A DNA stretch of 63,993 nucleotides, filler included, from Basidiobolus ranarum (lineage: Eukaryota), in the NCBI GenBank assembly GCA_040143965.1. It is 8 parts of 8 records of this genome, joined end to end, with 100 filler letters (N's around TTAATTAATTAA, not from the genome) between each part and the next. Parts side by side here need not be neighbours in the genome. Positions count along the whole stretch, not along the records: positions 48,237 to 56,148 come from JASJQH010007924.1; positions 56,249 to 63,993 come from JASJQH010007946.1; 6 more parts are not named here. One strand, 5' to 3'. The stretch's first letter is position 1, and every line of letters begins with the position of its first letter. Below are positions 52,315 through 63,993 of the stretch, in pieces. The notes beneath the pieces are model-generated. The model saw nothing but the letters and a program-made list of their open reading frames with translations, ran no database searches and was not told the origin of the DNA. A program made the translations under genes and the position numbers.

Positions 52315-54403
52315 TTACTCAAATATTCTGAAGAATCAATGCCATCCTTTCTTCGTGGACAATACACTACTACTCTTTCGCGCTATTATCTGAAAAAGTT
52401 GAGAATATATCGCAGCCTTAACTTTGACACTCTGCGAGCTGCCTCTTATATATCGCAAATCTGTTTCTGAAGGACTAGTGAGGTGGAGATGTGATGAAAA
52501 GATATAAAGTGTTAGATTGCTAATGATGCATAGTATCACGTATACTACATTAACTTAACCTTTTGATTGTGTATGTGTCTTAATGAATTCGGTATTCTAT
52601 TCTCATTTCTATCCAAAGCCTAGTCTATCTAACATCCACCGAACACCAAGCCTAGCAACCTAACCCAATATAGCAAACTTTTACTATTCTCAAGACTCAT
52701 ATTAGTGCAGATCTGCCTTTCTAAGAAAAAGCATTAGTATGTATAATTACTAATTGGTAATATGAATGACTAATATTGAAAGCTTCTTGAGTGCTAATTA
52801 CATAGTTTGGGCATGGTTTTACTTCGATGCACAATAGCAGAGTATGTTAACACTTCAGTTTTGACAAAAAACTTGCATTCAGGCCCTTTCATCCTGAGAG
52901 CTAGAAATCATAAGAAGCAGAAGTGCTTGAGGAACACAGATCTGACTAATATACCAAAGTGTAGGAACTGGAGGACATCATTATGTATAGAGTGCCATAT
53001 TAATACTCTTGCAAGGACAATTTTGCCTGACTATAAATACACCATATGGCATAGCAGATGGGTATTTCTAGAACAATAGAGTGCAAATAAAGCTAGAGAA
53101 AAGAATATAGTAGTTAAGAAGAATAATGAGATATAACAGTTTACATGGCTCAAAGGTTAGGAAAGTATTGCTCTGTCCAAGTGGGGTAATCTTATAAAGT
53201 GAGACAAGAATTGGTTTTTGTTGTACAGACAAATCGTTGTTACATGAAACAAACATTTACCTGAAACTAACAGTGGCGTGTACAAAGTATTCTTTGATTG
53301 ATAATTTATTATTAGTGTATCATGTTTGGATTCAGAATTTAGGCCTTCCACCATCGAGTACAAGGGTGCTAGTCTCAACCCTGCAAACGGTAGCTTGGGA
53401 AAGCTGTCATAGATAAAGACATGGTTTATCATGCAAGTGCATTCTATACGTCAATGCAAGGTTCGAAATGAGTTTCATTCAGATTTAATGGAGGATTGTT
53501 TCACGCTGAATTCATGAGCAAGAAAAAATAGCAAAAATAACTTCCGCATGTTCTCCAACATGAAGCACACTGGGTCCATGTATCAACATTTGTAGAAGTA
53601 GGTGTTTTGATGATGCCAAGTATTTATGTGGAGTGTTTGATGCTGACTATAATCGAGCTTTTGTATCATGGATCAATCAATAATGGATGTTGTATTACCA
53701 TAGTTGTACCCACAACTGTATGCTTATGGTTTATTGCCATTGAATTCATTTGCACCAATCATGATCCAAGCAATCTCATATTCATTGATTTCCAGGAGAA
53801 ATGGGACTGAGATGAGATTAAACTCTCTCGTGTGCATGATAGCATAGGACAAGTAGCTTATGTTGTTCAGTTAGTACAAATGATCATCTCTAGTAAAGTA
53901 TCTCTTCCAATGCTCACAAAGAAACTGAGGTTTTTAGTGTGAATTTCACAACTGAAGACGCTATACACTTAGGTGTCCCTTCAACCCGCATTTGGGTCTC
54001 TTCAAATCTCTTTTCGACTGACAGAATATTGACTCGTTGAATACATGAAAATCTATAGCACTGGGGAATATGTTACATAAACAAGGCCACAGGTCAAGGT
54101 CAGCAGAGCAGATAGAGTTCTGCTTGGTTTCCATATCTGAGGAAGCACTATTGAATCACGCGCCAAAGGTTCTAACGATTAGGTAAACTGGTTTTGGAAT
54201 GGTAGGTCAATATCTGATAGATATCTAGGTATAATCTGGTTCACAATCTCGTGGGATAGTCACAAGAAATTTATTCTCATCTTTCTCTCAATTGAATAGA
54301 AAATCACTTTTTGTTCAACCGAAGATTTAACCGAGGTATTTCTTGTGGGTGGATCCATGGTAGAACGGAATCTATGTGTCACCGAATTGCTTCCAAACTG
54401 ATT

Positions 54404-54631
54404 CAATTCCAAACACTACTTGAGCAATATACTACTTGGCCATTCCGAGTGCAGACATTCCGAGTACAGATTCAACAAGCTACTCTCACATTGATTCAGC
54501 CAAGTAGTCCACGAGTATTGAGCCAATTCACAATTCCAAACACTACTTGAGCAATATGCTACTTAGTCATTCAGAGTACAGATTCAATATGCTACTTTCA
54601 CACTGATTCAGCTAAGTAGTTCACGAGTGTT
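54404..54631 (+). repeat. Diverged tandem duplication, period ~127 bp
   Basis: CAATTCCAAACACTACTTGAGCAATAT...GAGTACAGATTCAA...TGATTCAGCYAAGTAGTYCACGAGT starts at 54404 and 54531; copy 1 also has an internal CATTCCGAGTRCAGA doublet. Confidence 0.85.
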
Positions 54632-55593
54632 CGCCCTAGACAAGCATTCACATGCCACTCGATTGCAGTGGCTGTGAAGTGGCTAATTAGAGACAGTATT
54701 TCAAAATGGGATTTGTTCGTGTACAAGATCATCTATTCAGGAGTCAAGGGGTCTGGGGAAGTTTTCCTGTTCTATGTTCACACTTCATAACAAAATTCAT
54801 TCAAATTGTCCGAGACATTTCGGCTTATTCTCAGACACATCACTTTAAACCTGAATAGAAAGTTGTATAGCAGTTACTTGAATAGAGGGTGTGTTGATTC
54901 ATTGATAGTGCGAGAGTGTTAGATGAAACTAGATCAATACTATCTCACGCAGCTGGTGACTTAATCTCACATTACTCAACCATCACTAACACACAACTTA
55001 GGTCAGTATTTATCTCACACTATTCATATCAGCCATGGTACTGACTTTAATATTAATTGTATTGAACGAGTAATTGGCAATACTGTACTACATAGATACT
55101 AGGCCCATCGAACAGCTACAATAGCCTGAAGAGAGCGCATGTGAGCCAGATATTGGAATCCATAGAAATGAGTTCTATACACTGAGTAATTGACGCATAA
55201 TCTATAACGCTAAGGAATAACCAAACACGTAGGAATCACTGAGAGTAAAGGAGAGAATCAATGAGAGTAAGGAGCCAAAAAAGCTTAGGTTAAGAGGACA
55301 AATTCACAGAGTTTAGTGTTAAGAAGGCTAATTCACATAGAGTTTAAACCTTATTTCTAAGGTTTTATCATTAAACCTGATAAACGATCACTGTATTCAA
55401 AATCAAAACTTAATATAAACGAGAACAACGAGATCACTCAGTAGATGAGGTAGTACACCTATGCTTCTCATGGTCGGGTGAGGGTTGACCTATTACCCAT
55501 TGTATGTGTGCAAAGAAGCTTATGGAGCTATAAATAAGGTGCTTCCTGCTCATTCTATTCTCAAGTTACATTCGTTTGACATTGAAGTTGCAA

Positions 55594-56148
55594 ATGTCCC
55601 AAATCTTCGGTCCAGAGAGCGAGAAAAATGCTCAACCAATCACTGTGGCAACTAAGGATGATTCTGTGAATCATGTTACTTCTTCGAATCGTGTTGTTGC
55701 ATTCATTCAATGGCACTACGGCACTACCACTAATAAGAGGACTCCCGAACAGATCGAGAAAGAACGTTATCTTTACGGGAATGTCGTCTTCAACCGTTGG
55801 TTACTGATGCCAGCCGCGGTGTTAATTCAGTTTTGCTGTGGTTCACTATATGCTTGGAGTGTATTTAACAGTATGATTGATTTGCATGTCAGTGGTGATA
55901 AAAATGCCGGTTTAGCACCCAACACTTTCTCTATCGCAGTAGGAATGTTTGGTCTATCTACTGCCTCCATGGGTCCCTGGCTCGAAAGAAACGGTCCCAG
56001 AAAGGGAGCACTCCTCTCGGCGAGTCTTTTCTACTTGGGAAACTTAATCGCATCCATGGCTATTCATTTCAAGCAAATGTGGCTATTGTACATTGGGTAT
56101 GGTATCATCGGTGGCTTCGGTCTTGGTATTGGTTATATTTCTCCAGTA
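55594..56148 (+). CDS. MFS transporter, oxalate/formate antiporter (OFA)-like, 3' truncated
   Basis: NRWLLMPAAVLIQFCCGSLYAWSVFN, GPWLERNGPRK, LYIGYGIIGGFGLGIGYISPV. Confidence 0.88.
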
Positions 56149-56248
56149 NNNNNNNNNNNNNNNNNNNNNNNNNNNNNNNNNNNNNNNNNNNNTTAATTAA
56201 TTAANNNNNNNNNNNNNNNNNNNNNNNNNNNNNNNNNNNNNNNNNNNN

Positions 56249-56357
56249 GACCTTTGAGAGTTACTTTACGTTGAAGGGACTCGGAACGATGCCCTTCAAA
56301 CTTGAAGGCGGTAGCAGCAGCGGCGGTCAAAGCGAGAATAACAAGAGAGGCTTTCAT
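56249..56357 (-). CDS. 5' end of a second M28 aminopeptidase copy, truncated by linker
   Basis: Reverse complement reads MKASLVILALTAAAATAFKFEGHRSESLQRKVTLKG; 107 of 109 nt match 58212-58320. Confidence 0.9.
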
Positions 56358-58211
56358 ATTGTACTATTGATCTGAATTATCTCTACGCTTACTGTGATGT
56401 GGTCATTTTATATAATTTCCGTCATTGGACATTCCGGGAGCTACCTTACATGCTGTCGAAGAGATCCGAGTCCCGTAACACCAGTGTCTAACCGGTTGAG
56501 TTCGAGTCGATCTGTCCTTACATAAGGATAATTCAAATTCATTTAAAAATACTAGTCAACGCTATCCGACTATAACATCACCAGGAGCGAATAGTTTCTT
56601 TTCCTCCTGTTTCTCAGTATACCCAACTACAAAAAATAAAGGAAACTGCCAAAAGGCCATTTATTATTCATTCGCATTGTAGAAATCTATTTTTAAAAGA
56701 GTTAGCTAATGCCGATTAAGGTTGAAATTGGTTAAGTATAGAAGAATCATTATTGGATGCTAGTAGATCCACATTTTGATTCAATCCAGTTCAACACGAA
56801 TATAGTTTCAAAACTGGAATACAAAATGACGACGATGTTTCTGAATATTCACACCTACGTCTTATTGATAACCGTCCAAATAAGTAGAATCCAACTTTTG
56901 GGAAAATTTCGATTTCTCAATCAATTCAACCCTGTATCAATTCCGGTATCACTTTCTGATCGATTCTGCCTATTTATCAATCATCTAATAGAGGAGATGC
57001 ATGGGAATATTTTTCTCAACTTCAGTATTTCAGCAACACAACCTTCACTTGTGGTGATTCCATCAATGACAATCGCCAGACTTACAAAAATGGTAAGTCT
57101 TTAACTATCAATATGGACACAGAGGCTGTGCTACTGTCTCAAGAGAACCGAACTTTATAGTACATGGAATATCCGGATCTCTGCTATACTTGGGATAGCG
57201 AGTAGTCTCAGAGGCCCCGTTAGTGTTGTAAGAAAAATTATACTGTAAAGTGATCACTCCGAAGAATTGGCCACTCTATCAAGCGAGCCAATAGTCGTAT
57301 CATTAAATTTTCTACTCGCAAAGATAGCCCTGGAAGTTATTGCTAGTTAACGAATCGATAATCGACTCTTCATTATAGCATGGGTGATCATGTGCGTGCA
57401 GCTACGGTACAGTGAGTAACGGAAACGTTTACCTGATATCTGGCTGTACGTTTGAAAGAAGTAGGAAGTACAAGATAAGGATGAATCACACTAGGCAACG
57501 CGAACCATCTAATGTCTCGGCACTGGGAAAATGTTACATGCTCATGATGAAAGCAAGATTTCCATTTTGAATCGGTCCTAATGTGACTATTGACAAATTT
57601 GCGCATCTCTATAGGTGCTAAGCGAGCTCCAATGGTCTTTCCTGGATTCTAACCATTTCCGATTTCTCAGAATTCGTACCATTTGCACCATTCGCAATAT
57701 CGCTTTACAATCGAGTAATTACTACCAGCACAGGAGTACTACTTCTGCTAAGCACTACCAGCGCAGATTAATATTACTTCTGCCAAGTATGGACTTGATT
57801 CGTATTACTGAGTCAGTTAATAAGAATACAGCTAATACTAATAGAATGGTGCGATATAGTAGAGATATTAACCAATGAATAACTAGGACCGGTTTTCCGG
57901 AAGCAGAGGCCGCTGACCTACAATATAGGTAATAACATGTAGATTAATTGATCAAAGTGGGAAAATAGCAGCATGTGTGCAACTGCGAGAGTTAATTGAT
58001 CATCCGTACAGAAAATGTCGCAAAGTATTGACTTCCAAAATTTCTGGATTCCGCAAAGTGAATGCCTGGCATCTAGAGTTATAAACCAGAGTATTGGATA
58101 CCATTAGGAAGAAACGAAATGACGCGTATGTTCTGCGTAAGTATATAAGCATAAACATAGCATACTAAAATTTCAAACCTACAAATTTTGAGCATTACGA
58201 GTCAATAAATA

Positions 58212-59705
58212 ATGAAAGCCTCCCTTGTTGTTCTCGCTTTGACCGCCGCTGCTGCTACCGCCTTCAAGTTTGAAGGGCATCGTTCCGAGTCCCTTCAACG
58301 TAAAGTAACTCTCAAAGGTCTCCTCAGACACACCGATAACCTACAGAAATTCGCTAATCGAAATAATGGAACCCGAGTTTTCGGTGGTAAAGGTCATCAA
58401 CTCACCGTCGATTATATCCACGGGATCGTCAAGAAAGCCGGTTATAAGGTCACCCTTCAAGAATTCAGCGCCCCATACTCCGAAACACTTTCCGAGAAAT
58501 TGACTATCAACGGAAAGGATTATGTCATCCAAGCCATGACATTAACCGCCTCTACTCCTAAAGGAGGTCTCACCGCACCCTTAGTACTTGTTCCAAATGT
58601 CACCGGAGAGAAGGGGACAGCTGGCTGTGAGGATGGAGACTTTGCCGGACTTGACCTCAAGGGTAAGATCGCCTTGGTTGAGCGTGGTGGCTGTGCCTTC
58701 AACATCAAATCAGTCAACTCTGCAAAACTTGGAGCAGTTGCCACCGTTGTCTACAACAATGCTCCTGGTGACTTCAAAGGAACCTTGGGAGCTGAAGCCA
58801 CCTCTAAAATTGCCACTGGTGGTATCAGCCAGGAATCTGGCAAAATCCTTATCGACTTACTCAAGAGTGGCGAGGTTAAGGCTACCGTGGATATTGCCGA
58901 GCTTCGTGAAGACCGTAAAACATACAATGTTATTGCCGAAACCAAGGGTGGAGATCCAACCAAGGTGATCATGCTTGGAGCCCATACTGACTCGGTTCGT
59001 GCCGGTCCAGGTATTAACGACAATGGATCAGGCACCGCTGCTCTTCTTGAAGTTGCCTATCAACTCCGTCACACCAAGCCCAAGAACAAAGTACGTTTTG
59101 GATGGTGGGCTGCTGAAGAATTCGGTCTTTTGGGATCCGAACATTATGTCAAGAATTTGAAGAAAACTGATATTGACAATATTGCAGTTATTCTTAACTT
59201 TGACATGATTGCCTCTCCTAACTATATTATTCGTACCTATAATGGCGATTCCAGTGGAAGTCCTATTCCTGCAGGTTCCGAAGTAATCACTTCTCTCTTC
59301 GAGAACCATTTCAAAGCTAAGCATATCATCTATGAAAGTAGCGTAGTCCCTTACAGTCGTACAGATGTGGGACCTTTCGCTGCCGTTGGAATTCCTTCTG
59401 GAGGTCTCGATACTGGAGCTGATGAAATCAAAACTCCTGAGCAAGCTAAGAAATTTGGTGGTAAGGCTGGTGAGGCTTTGGATCAGTGCTACCATAAAGC
59501 CTGCGATACAACCGCCAATCTTGCGCATAAAGCATTCTTGATTAATGCCAGAGGTATCGCCCATGCCGTCGCTACCTACTCTCACGACGTATCCAGTGTG
59601 TCCAAGGCTCGCGCAAGAAAGGGAAAGTCAGTTAAGAGAGAGGCCGTTGACTTACCAGTTGTATCTAACAATGGATCCAGTGGATGCTCATTACCCAGTA
59701 TCTAA
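58212..59705 (+). CDS. Secreted M28 metallo-aminopeptidase with PA domain (aminopeptidase Y/LAP2-like), intronless
   Basis: Signal peptide; PA domain GKIALVERGGC; Zn ligands GAHTDS, GINDNGSG, AEEFGLLGS, NFDMI, CYHKACD. Confidence 0.95.
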   Translation: MKASLVVLALTAAAATAFKFEGHRSESLQRKVTLKGLLRHTDNLQKFANRNNGTRVFGGKGHQLTVDYIHGIVKKAGYKVTLQEFSAPYSETLSEKLTINGKDYVIQAMTLTASTPKGGLTAPLVLVPNVTGEKGTAGCEDGDFAGLDLKGKIALVERGGCAFNIKSVNSAKLGAVATVVYNNAPGDFKGTLGAEATSKIATGGISQESGKILIDLLKSGEVKATVDIAELREDRKTYNVIAETKGGDPTKVIMLGAHTDSVRAGPGINDNGSGTAALLEVAYQLRHTKPKNKVRFGWWAAEEFGLLGSEHYVKNLKKTDIDNIAVILNFDMIASPNYIIRTYNGDSSGSPIPAGSEVITSLFENHFKAKHIIYESSVVPYSRTDVGPFAAVGIPSGGLDTGADEIKTPEQAKKFGGKAGEALDQCYHKACDTTANLAHKAFLINARGIAHAVATYSHDVSSVSKARARKGKSVKREAVDLPVVSNNGSSGCSLPSI

Positions 59706-60381
59706 AGCAATGTCTGTATCCAAACATTTTTGACAATTTCTACGCTTTTTGACGTGCAATATTTTGATACCTCCACTTCATTACTCCTGGTTAATTGTTC
59801 GACTATCATTAATAATAATAAACATTGCATTTTTCAAAGTGACTGGTGTTGGTTATATCTGGGGTTCTTATTTTAACTCTATTTATACCTGTTTCCCTTC
59901 ACTTCCTCTAGGTATATGTAATATCGATTCCCCATTTTTTTTGCGATTAAGACACAATTATAGCAATCACAAATTCAGAACCTGATTTGAATTTAATATC
60001 GAAAACTGTATCTGTTTAAAATCAGTCGCAACTTCGGTCAAACAGAATATCCTTTTTAAAACTTTCGTAGATTTCATCCTCTCAGTATCAGATATATTAG
60101 TCTAGGTCTTCAGAAGGTCAAGCGTTTAGTAGTATGAAGTAGCTTCTATATTGAAATATTACATATACACACGTCGCATGAAAACAGGTTCAATTTTGTT
60201 GTTTAAGAGTAGCATTAATAGCACATATCTGTTGTTAGGATCTCATTCTACAAGTGAACAAAGCAGCTATTAACGATAAATGAAGAAATTATTTATTTCA
60301 CATAAAGTGGACTTGCTTTTAGGCAGTTGGAAATGATAGGAATATTCAGCGGAATCAGAACAGGAGCAATAAGGTTTCCTA

Positions 60382-62331
60382 CTATGCTTCATAACCAGCC
60401 GGGAGATCACACCATCCCATTTGCTTAACACACCATAGTGGTGCTATGGCTGCACCTTTTATTCCTCGTCCGCCCATACGATACCGCCATTCGTTTAGCC
60501 TAGGAAACGCACGTTTAACAGAGCCATATATGTCCGTATAGTTTATAGCACTGTAACCGCTCCACAAGACTTCTGCTGCTGCTGCGGTACGTGGCCACAT
60601 CTGTGTGTCTAAGTTGTAGGAATCAACCTGTTCGGTCCACAATGCAACCTCACCTCCAAGCACATGTGCACCCTCGGCTTCGGTAAGATTTGCTCGTAAA
60701 TCGTGAGAGTACATTTTTTGCCAAGTACGATATTTATCGCAGGTTGGGCAATTAACCCACCCTGGGGCATGACGGCCATGTCCCACATCAAGATACCAAT
60801 AGTCGGATCCGCTTTGAATAATATCATGGCCTTGGCTAACAATCAATTTTGTATTTTGACTACCAGTCCATTGCTGAACAATGAAATGCTTTGGAATTGT
60901 AAGATTGAGATCCTTATTAAGTAAGGCTTCTTCCCAAACAACGGGGCGTTTACCCGCATTCGATACGTATTCATCAACTTTATCATAGAAGTTTTGCATA
61001 GCATTCACCACGGTAATATTCTTTTCTTGCAGATGTTTTTGAAATATTTCGCTCTCTTTATAACAACGCATACCTACTTCATCCCCACCAGTGTGGAGAA
61101 ACTGGTCTGGGAACCAAGAAGCAACTTCTTTGATAAGATTTTCTGTTACTTGGAAAGTAATCGCTTGTGTAACATCAAACTGTCCACTAGGAGGCTGATA
61201 TTCTATCGCACGCCAGGTTGGTTGTAAATTGGCGCAAACAAGCATTCCGGGGAAAGGTAATCCGGTAGCATAAGCATGGCCAGGCATTTCAATCTCAGGA
61301 ACGATGCGAATACCTCGCTAGGTGGTTTCATAATTGTCAGATTAAAGCAAACACATCTGATACAAAATTACATACCTCCAGTGCATAGCCTACTAGGTGT
61401 TGGATATCTTTTTTCGTATAGATCATACCGTCCTGAAATTTAGCATATGACATGTGGCGAAGTTGAGGATATACCTGTGCCATACAAGTTACTAACAATT
61501 GTTTAATATGGATATCGGGTTACTAATAAATACCTCTGATGCCAGGGAGAAGCTTTGGGCATCAGAAAGATGAAGGTGAAGAACATTGAACTTGTTCCAA
61601 CTTAAGGCGTCAATCTGTGCTTTGAGCTCTTCAACAGAAAACCAATTACGGGTTACATCAAGCATGAAACCGCGGTGTTTGTAGGAGGGTTTGTCTTCGA
61701 TATGCCAAGGGCCATATGAAATATATCTTCCCTAGATGCTCAATTTGGTTAAGGTTAATTGTTCGATGAGTCAACAGTTAAACTACTGATATCAAGTACT
61801 CACGATAGTTTTGTCATAATTGACTAGTTGACTAAGAGTTTCGAGGCCACGCAAGGCACCAAAAACAGTTTTTGATTTGATCGTACCAGTAATAGATTTA
61901 CTATTTTTCTCACTTGCAGGTATGATTAATGAATAGGACTCATCAGTGCCTAATTCAAGGCTTGCGCTGCCATCTTCGATTTGTAAAACAAATTTCTTGA
62001 GCCAGATATTACTTTTCTTGACCGGGATCATATTCTTTCGGGCCATTTCTTCACCGGAGGATTTTACTGGCGTTTTAGCCCAGGAAACATACGGTGTCCA
62101 CTTCTCTTTGATGATAACTTCCCGGTACCGTTTGACAGCGTTTTTAGCAATACTAATATAACTTCCTTTACCCTGTATTTGGAAGTCAATCCCGCTTGAC
62201 ACCATTATAGTTGAATCGCCCTGAGTAAACTTCTGCGGCCTTGGCCAAACATAGGCAGCATCAGAGGATGGAGGGGCTATCAGTGAAGCGCCGAGCAAGA
62301 GTAGAACTACAGAGTTTGATGAGAGAACCAT
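60382..62331 (-). CDS. Secreted GH20 beta-N-acetylhexosaminidase, 4 exons
   Basis: VWPRPQ, GTDESYSL, GALRGLETLSQL, HRGFMLDVTRN, KFNVLHLHLSDAQSFP, RGIRIVPEIEMPGH, catalytic HTGGDE, GGEVALWTE, WPRTAAAAEVLWS. Confidence 0.95.
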
Positions 62332-63993
62332 GGTATACCAGAAATATGCAGCTTAATATCTCCCTCCAGTCCGATACGCCTCTTAAATAGCTTACAGATG
62401 ATCTAACAAGGCTTCCCCCTCCATTACAACCTTATTCCAAATACGAATATTGGAATCCTGCTATAAGCTATATTGACAGATATGACTGTGGCTCTATTGG
62501 ATTGTATCACGTATCATGATGGCCCATTAGTGGAACATCAGGTGTTTTTGTCGATCAAGTATTCCCACGAGCTTGGATGCGAGAAGTCGAAGGCTAACAA
62601 TCTGATTGACTGAAAAGCATTTCAATGTTAATAGCACCTTGGAAGAGATGAAGTATGATGATGTAGGCACTAGTAGATCCATGCTCTTTCCATTTTTAGT
62701 ATTTTCTATCTGGGGTGCTTGGATTCTCCAATGTAAATCAAGCAACTGAACTTTATACCCCTTGCACTACAACTAATCAAAAGGACAGTAGCAGGTCACG
62801 TATTGTATGCTATACTTTCGTAGTACAAAGGACAATTCCAAGTTTAATTTGTCCTTATTTAGCCAATTTTATGTACTCCGCGCTAGGCGCATGCGATATA
62901 GGACCGCTTGAGGCTTTGTGGTGGTCTTTGAAAGCCGAGGGCGGCTCTCAACTATGTCAGAATGAGTCTTGTAGACTGAAATCTGGAAGCAATGTTGCAC
63001 AATATCATCCAAAGACGGTGTTAGGAATCCCACACGAAAAATGGCTTAGACACCGAGAAGAGGTGGAAATAATTCAGGCTAAATGGCTTTCTGCTTGAAG
63101 AATGCAATTATCAAACTTCTTGCGTTCTAATAAACTTTCAAATGAAGCTAGCAAGCGATAGGAGGCTATGCTGCGCTGTCACAGAAAACTTACTTGGCAT
63201 AGTGAGGTGGAACATGATACAAAGGTTAAAGTTAAAAAATCGAGGTTAGTAGATGGAAACAATACTCCATAGCTAAAGCACCACTATGTACCACACACTC
63301 AATATCACATCAACAGAATCGAGACACCAGTGACGCAGTATATTTAAACCCAAAATGACACTTTCTTGATATTTACACTTGGTATGACCTATTTTTCCAG
63401 TAAGCAATCACACGTGGTGGGGTAATTATAGGCTGTGAAAAATGAACCGTCAGGCGTTTCTACATCTAACGGAGTCCCCTTGGTTACTGTATTATATACC
63501 AGACGTTTCAATTAGGGTGATGGACTATCTGGTACTATAAAATCTCCTGCTGTATTGGAGCTTCGTAGTTATACCTTTCCATGGTGGCGGATCCTAACTT
63601 CGAGGCTAGCACTTTTTTAAATTGAGATCCTTGATCGCTCCAAATATCTGGGCGTAATAGCTGCATAAATATACCCACTAAACATTTGAAAAATAGACAA
63701 TAAACTAAGCAGTGTCGAGATCCAAACTATGATTATCTCTTGATTACTAATGGAGAAATTCCTATTTAATCGCCATATTCAGACCTCTGATCTAAACAAA
63801 AGCGACTGAGCACCTTTTTGGATCAACTATTTCAATTATTTTGGTCATCAACAAATATGATTCCTCAGATCTTGAAATCTATTTGTTTTGATTTAGGCAA
63901 AAAAGCAGTTGACTTCACGTTCAACTCTCTTTTAACCCTTGGGCTTGTGGGGTAATAACAGTAAAGGGTTTTAGAAACATATTCTTTTTAATG

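Noticed and set aside
53600-54262. F-box-like LSHEIVNQII.RYLSDIDL on the minus strand
   Set aside because: Very short similarity followed by stops; too weak to call.
7951-56248. Regularly spaced TTAATTAATTAA palindromes as a repeat array, and any gene cluster spanning them
   Set aside because: They are N-padded artificial linkers; neighbours across them are not shown to be linked.
58341-59733. Several long overlapping or antisense ORFs in the aminopeptidase (likewise in the GNAT, SulP and GH20 genes)
   Set aside because: Shadow ORFs caused by codon bias; no independent motifs.
1-63993. CRISPR arrays, rRNA, tRNA, prokaryotic operons or defence systems
   Set aside because: None seen; the sequence is spliceosomal-intron-containing eukaryotic DNA.

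Overview
Eukaryotic, AT-rich, intron-containing fungal DNA, not a prokaryotic locus. The gene repertoire (CBA1-like binding protein, ZZZ3-like gene, PEX16, bacterial-type GNAT, short GT-AG introns) points to an early-diverging fungus, with Basidiobolus/Zoopagomycota a plausible inference. The window is an artificial concatenation of eight ~8 kb pieces (1-7950, 8051-15998, 16099-24046, 24147-32086, 32187-40120, 40221-48136, 48237-56148, 56249-63993) joined by N-padded TTAATTAATTAA linkers, so adjacency across linkers has no biological meaning. About 25 genes or gene relics are recognisable, most of them housekeeping. Best candidates for novelty: (1) a single-ORF fusion of a 2/2 truncated hemoglobin, a 3/3 protoglobin/sensor globin and a C-terminal tail anchor; (2) a secreted CBA1/periplasmic-binding-protein-like putative cobalamin or iron scavenger; (3) a ZZZ3-like gene without a visible Myb domain, missed by the ORF track; (4) PEX16 and PEX13 lying tail-to-tail; (5) a bacterial-type GNAT with an apparent mitochondrial presequence; (6) head-to-head M28 aminopeptidase copies with near-identical CDS but unrelated promoters; (7) a long-arm foldback element family with an intact and a rearranged copy. 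All family calls come from motif recognition by eye, not from database searches.
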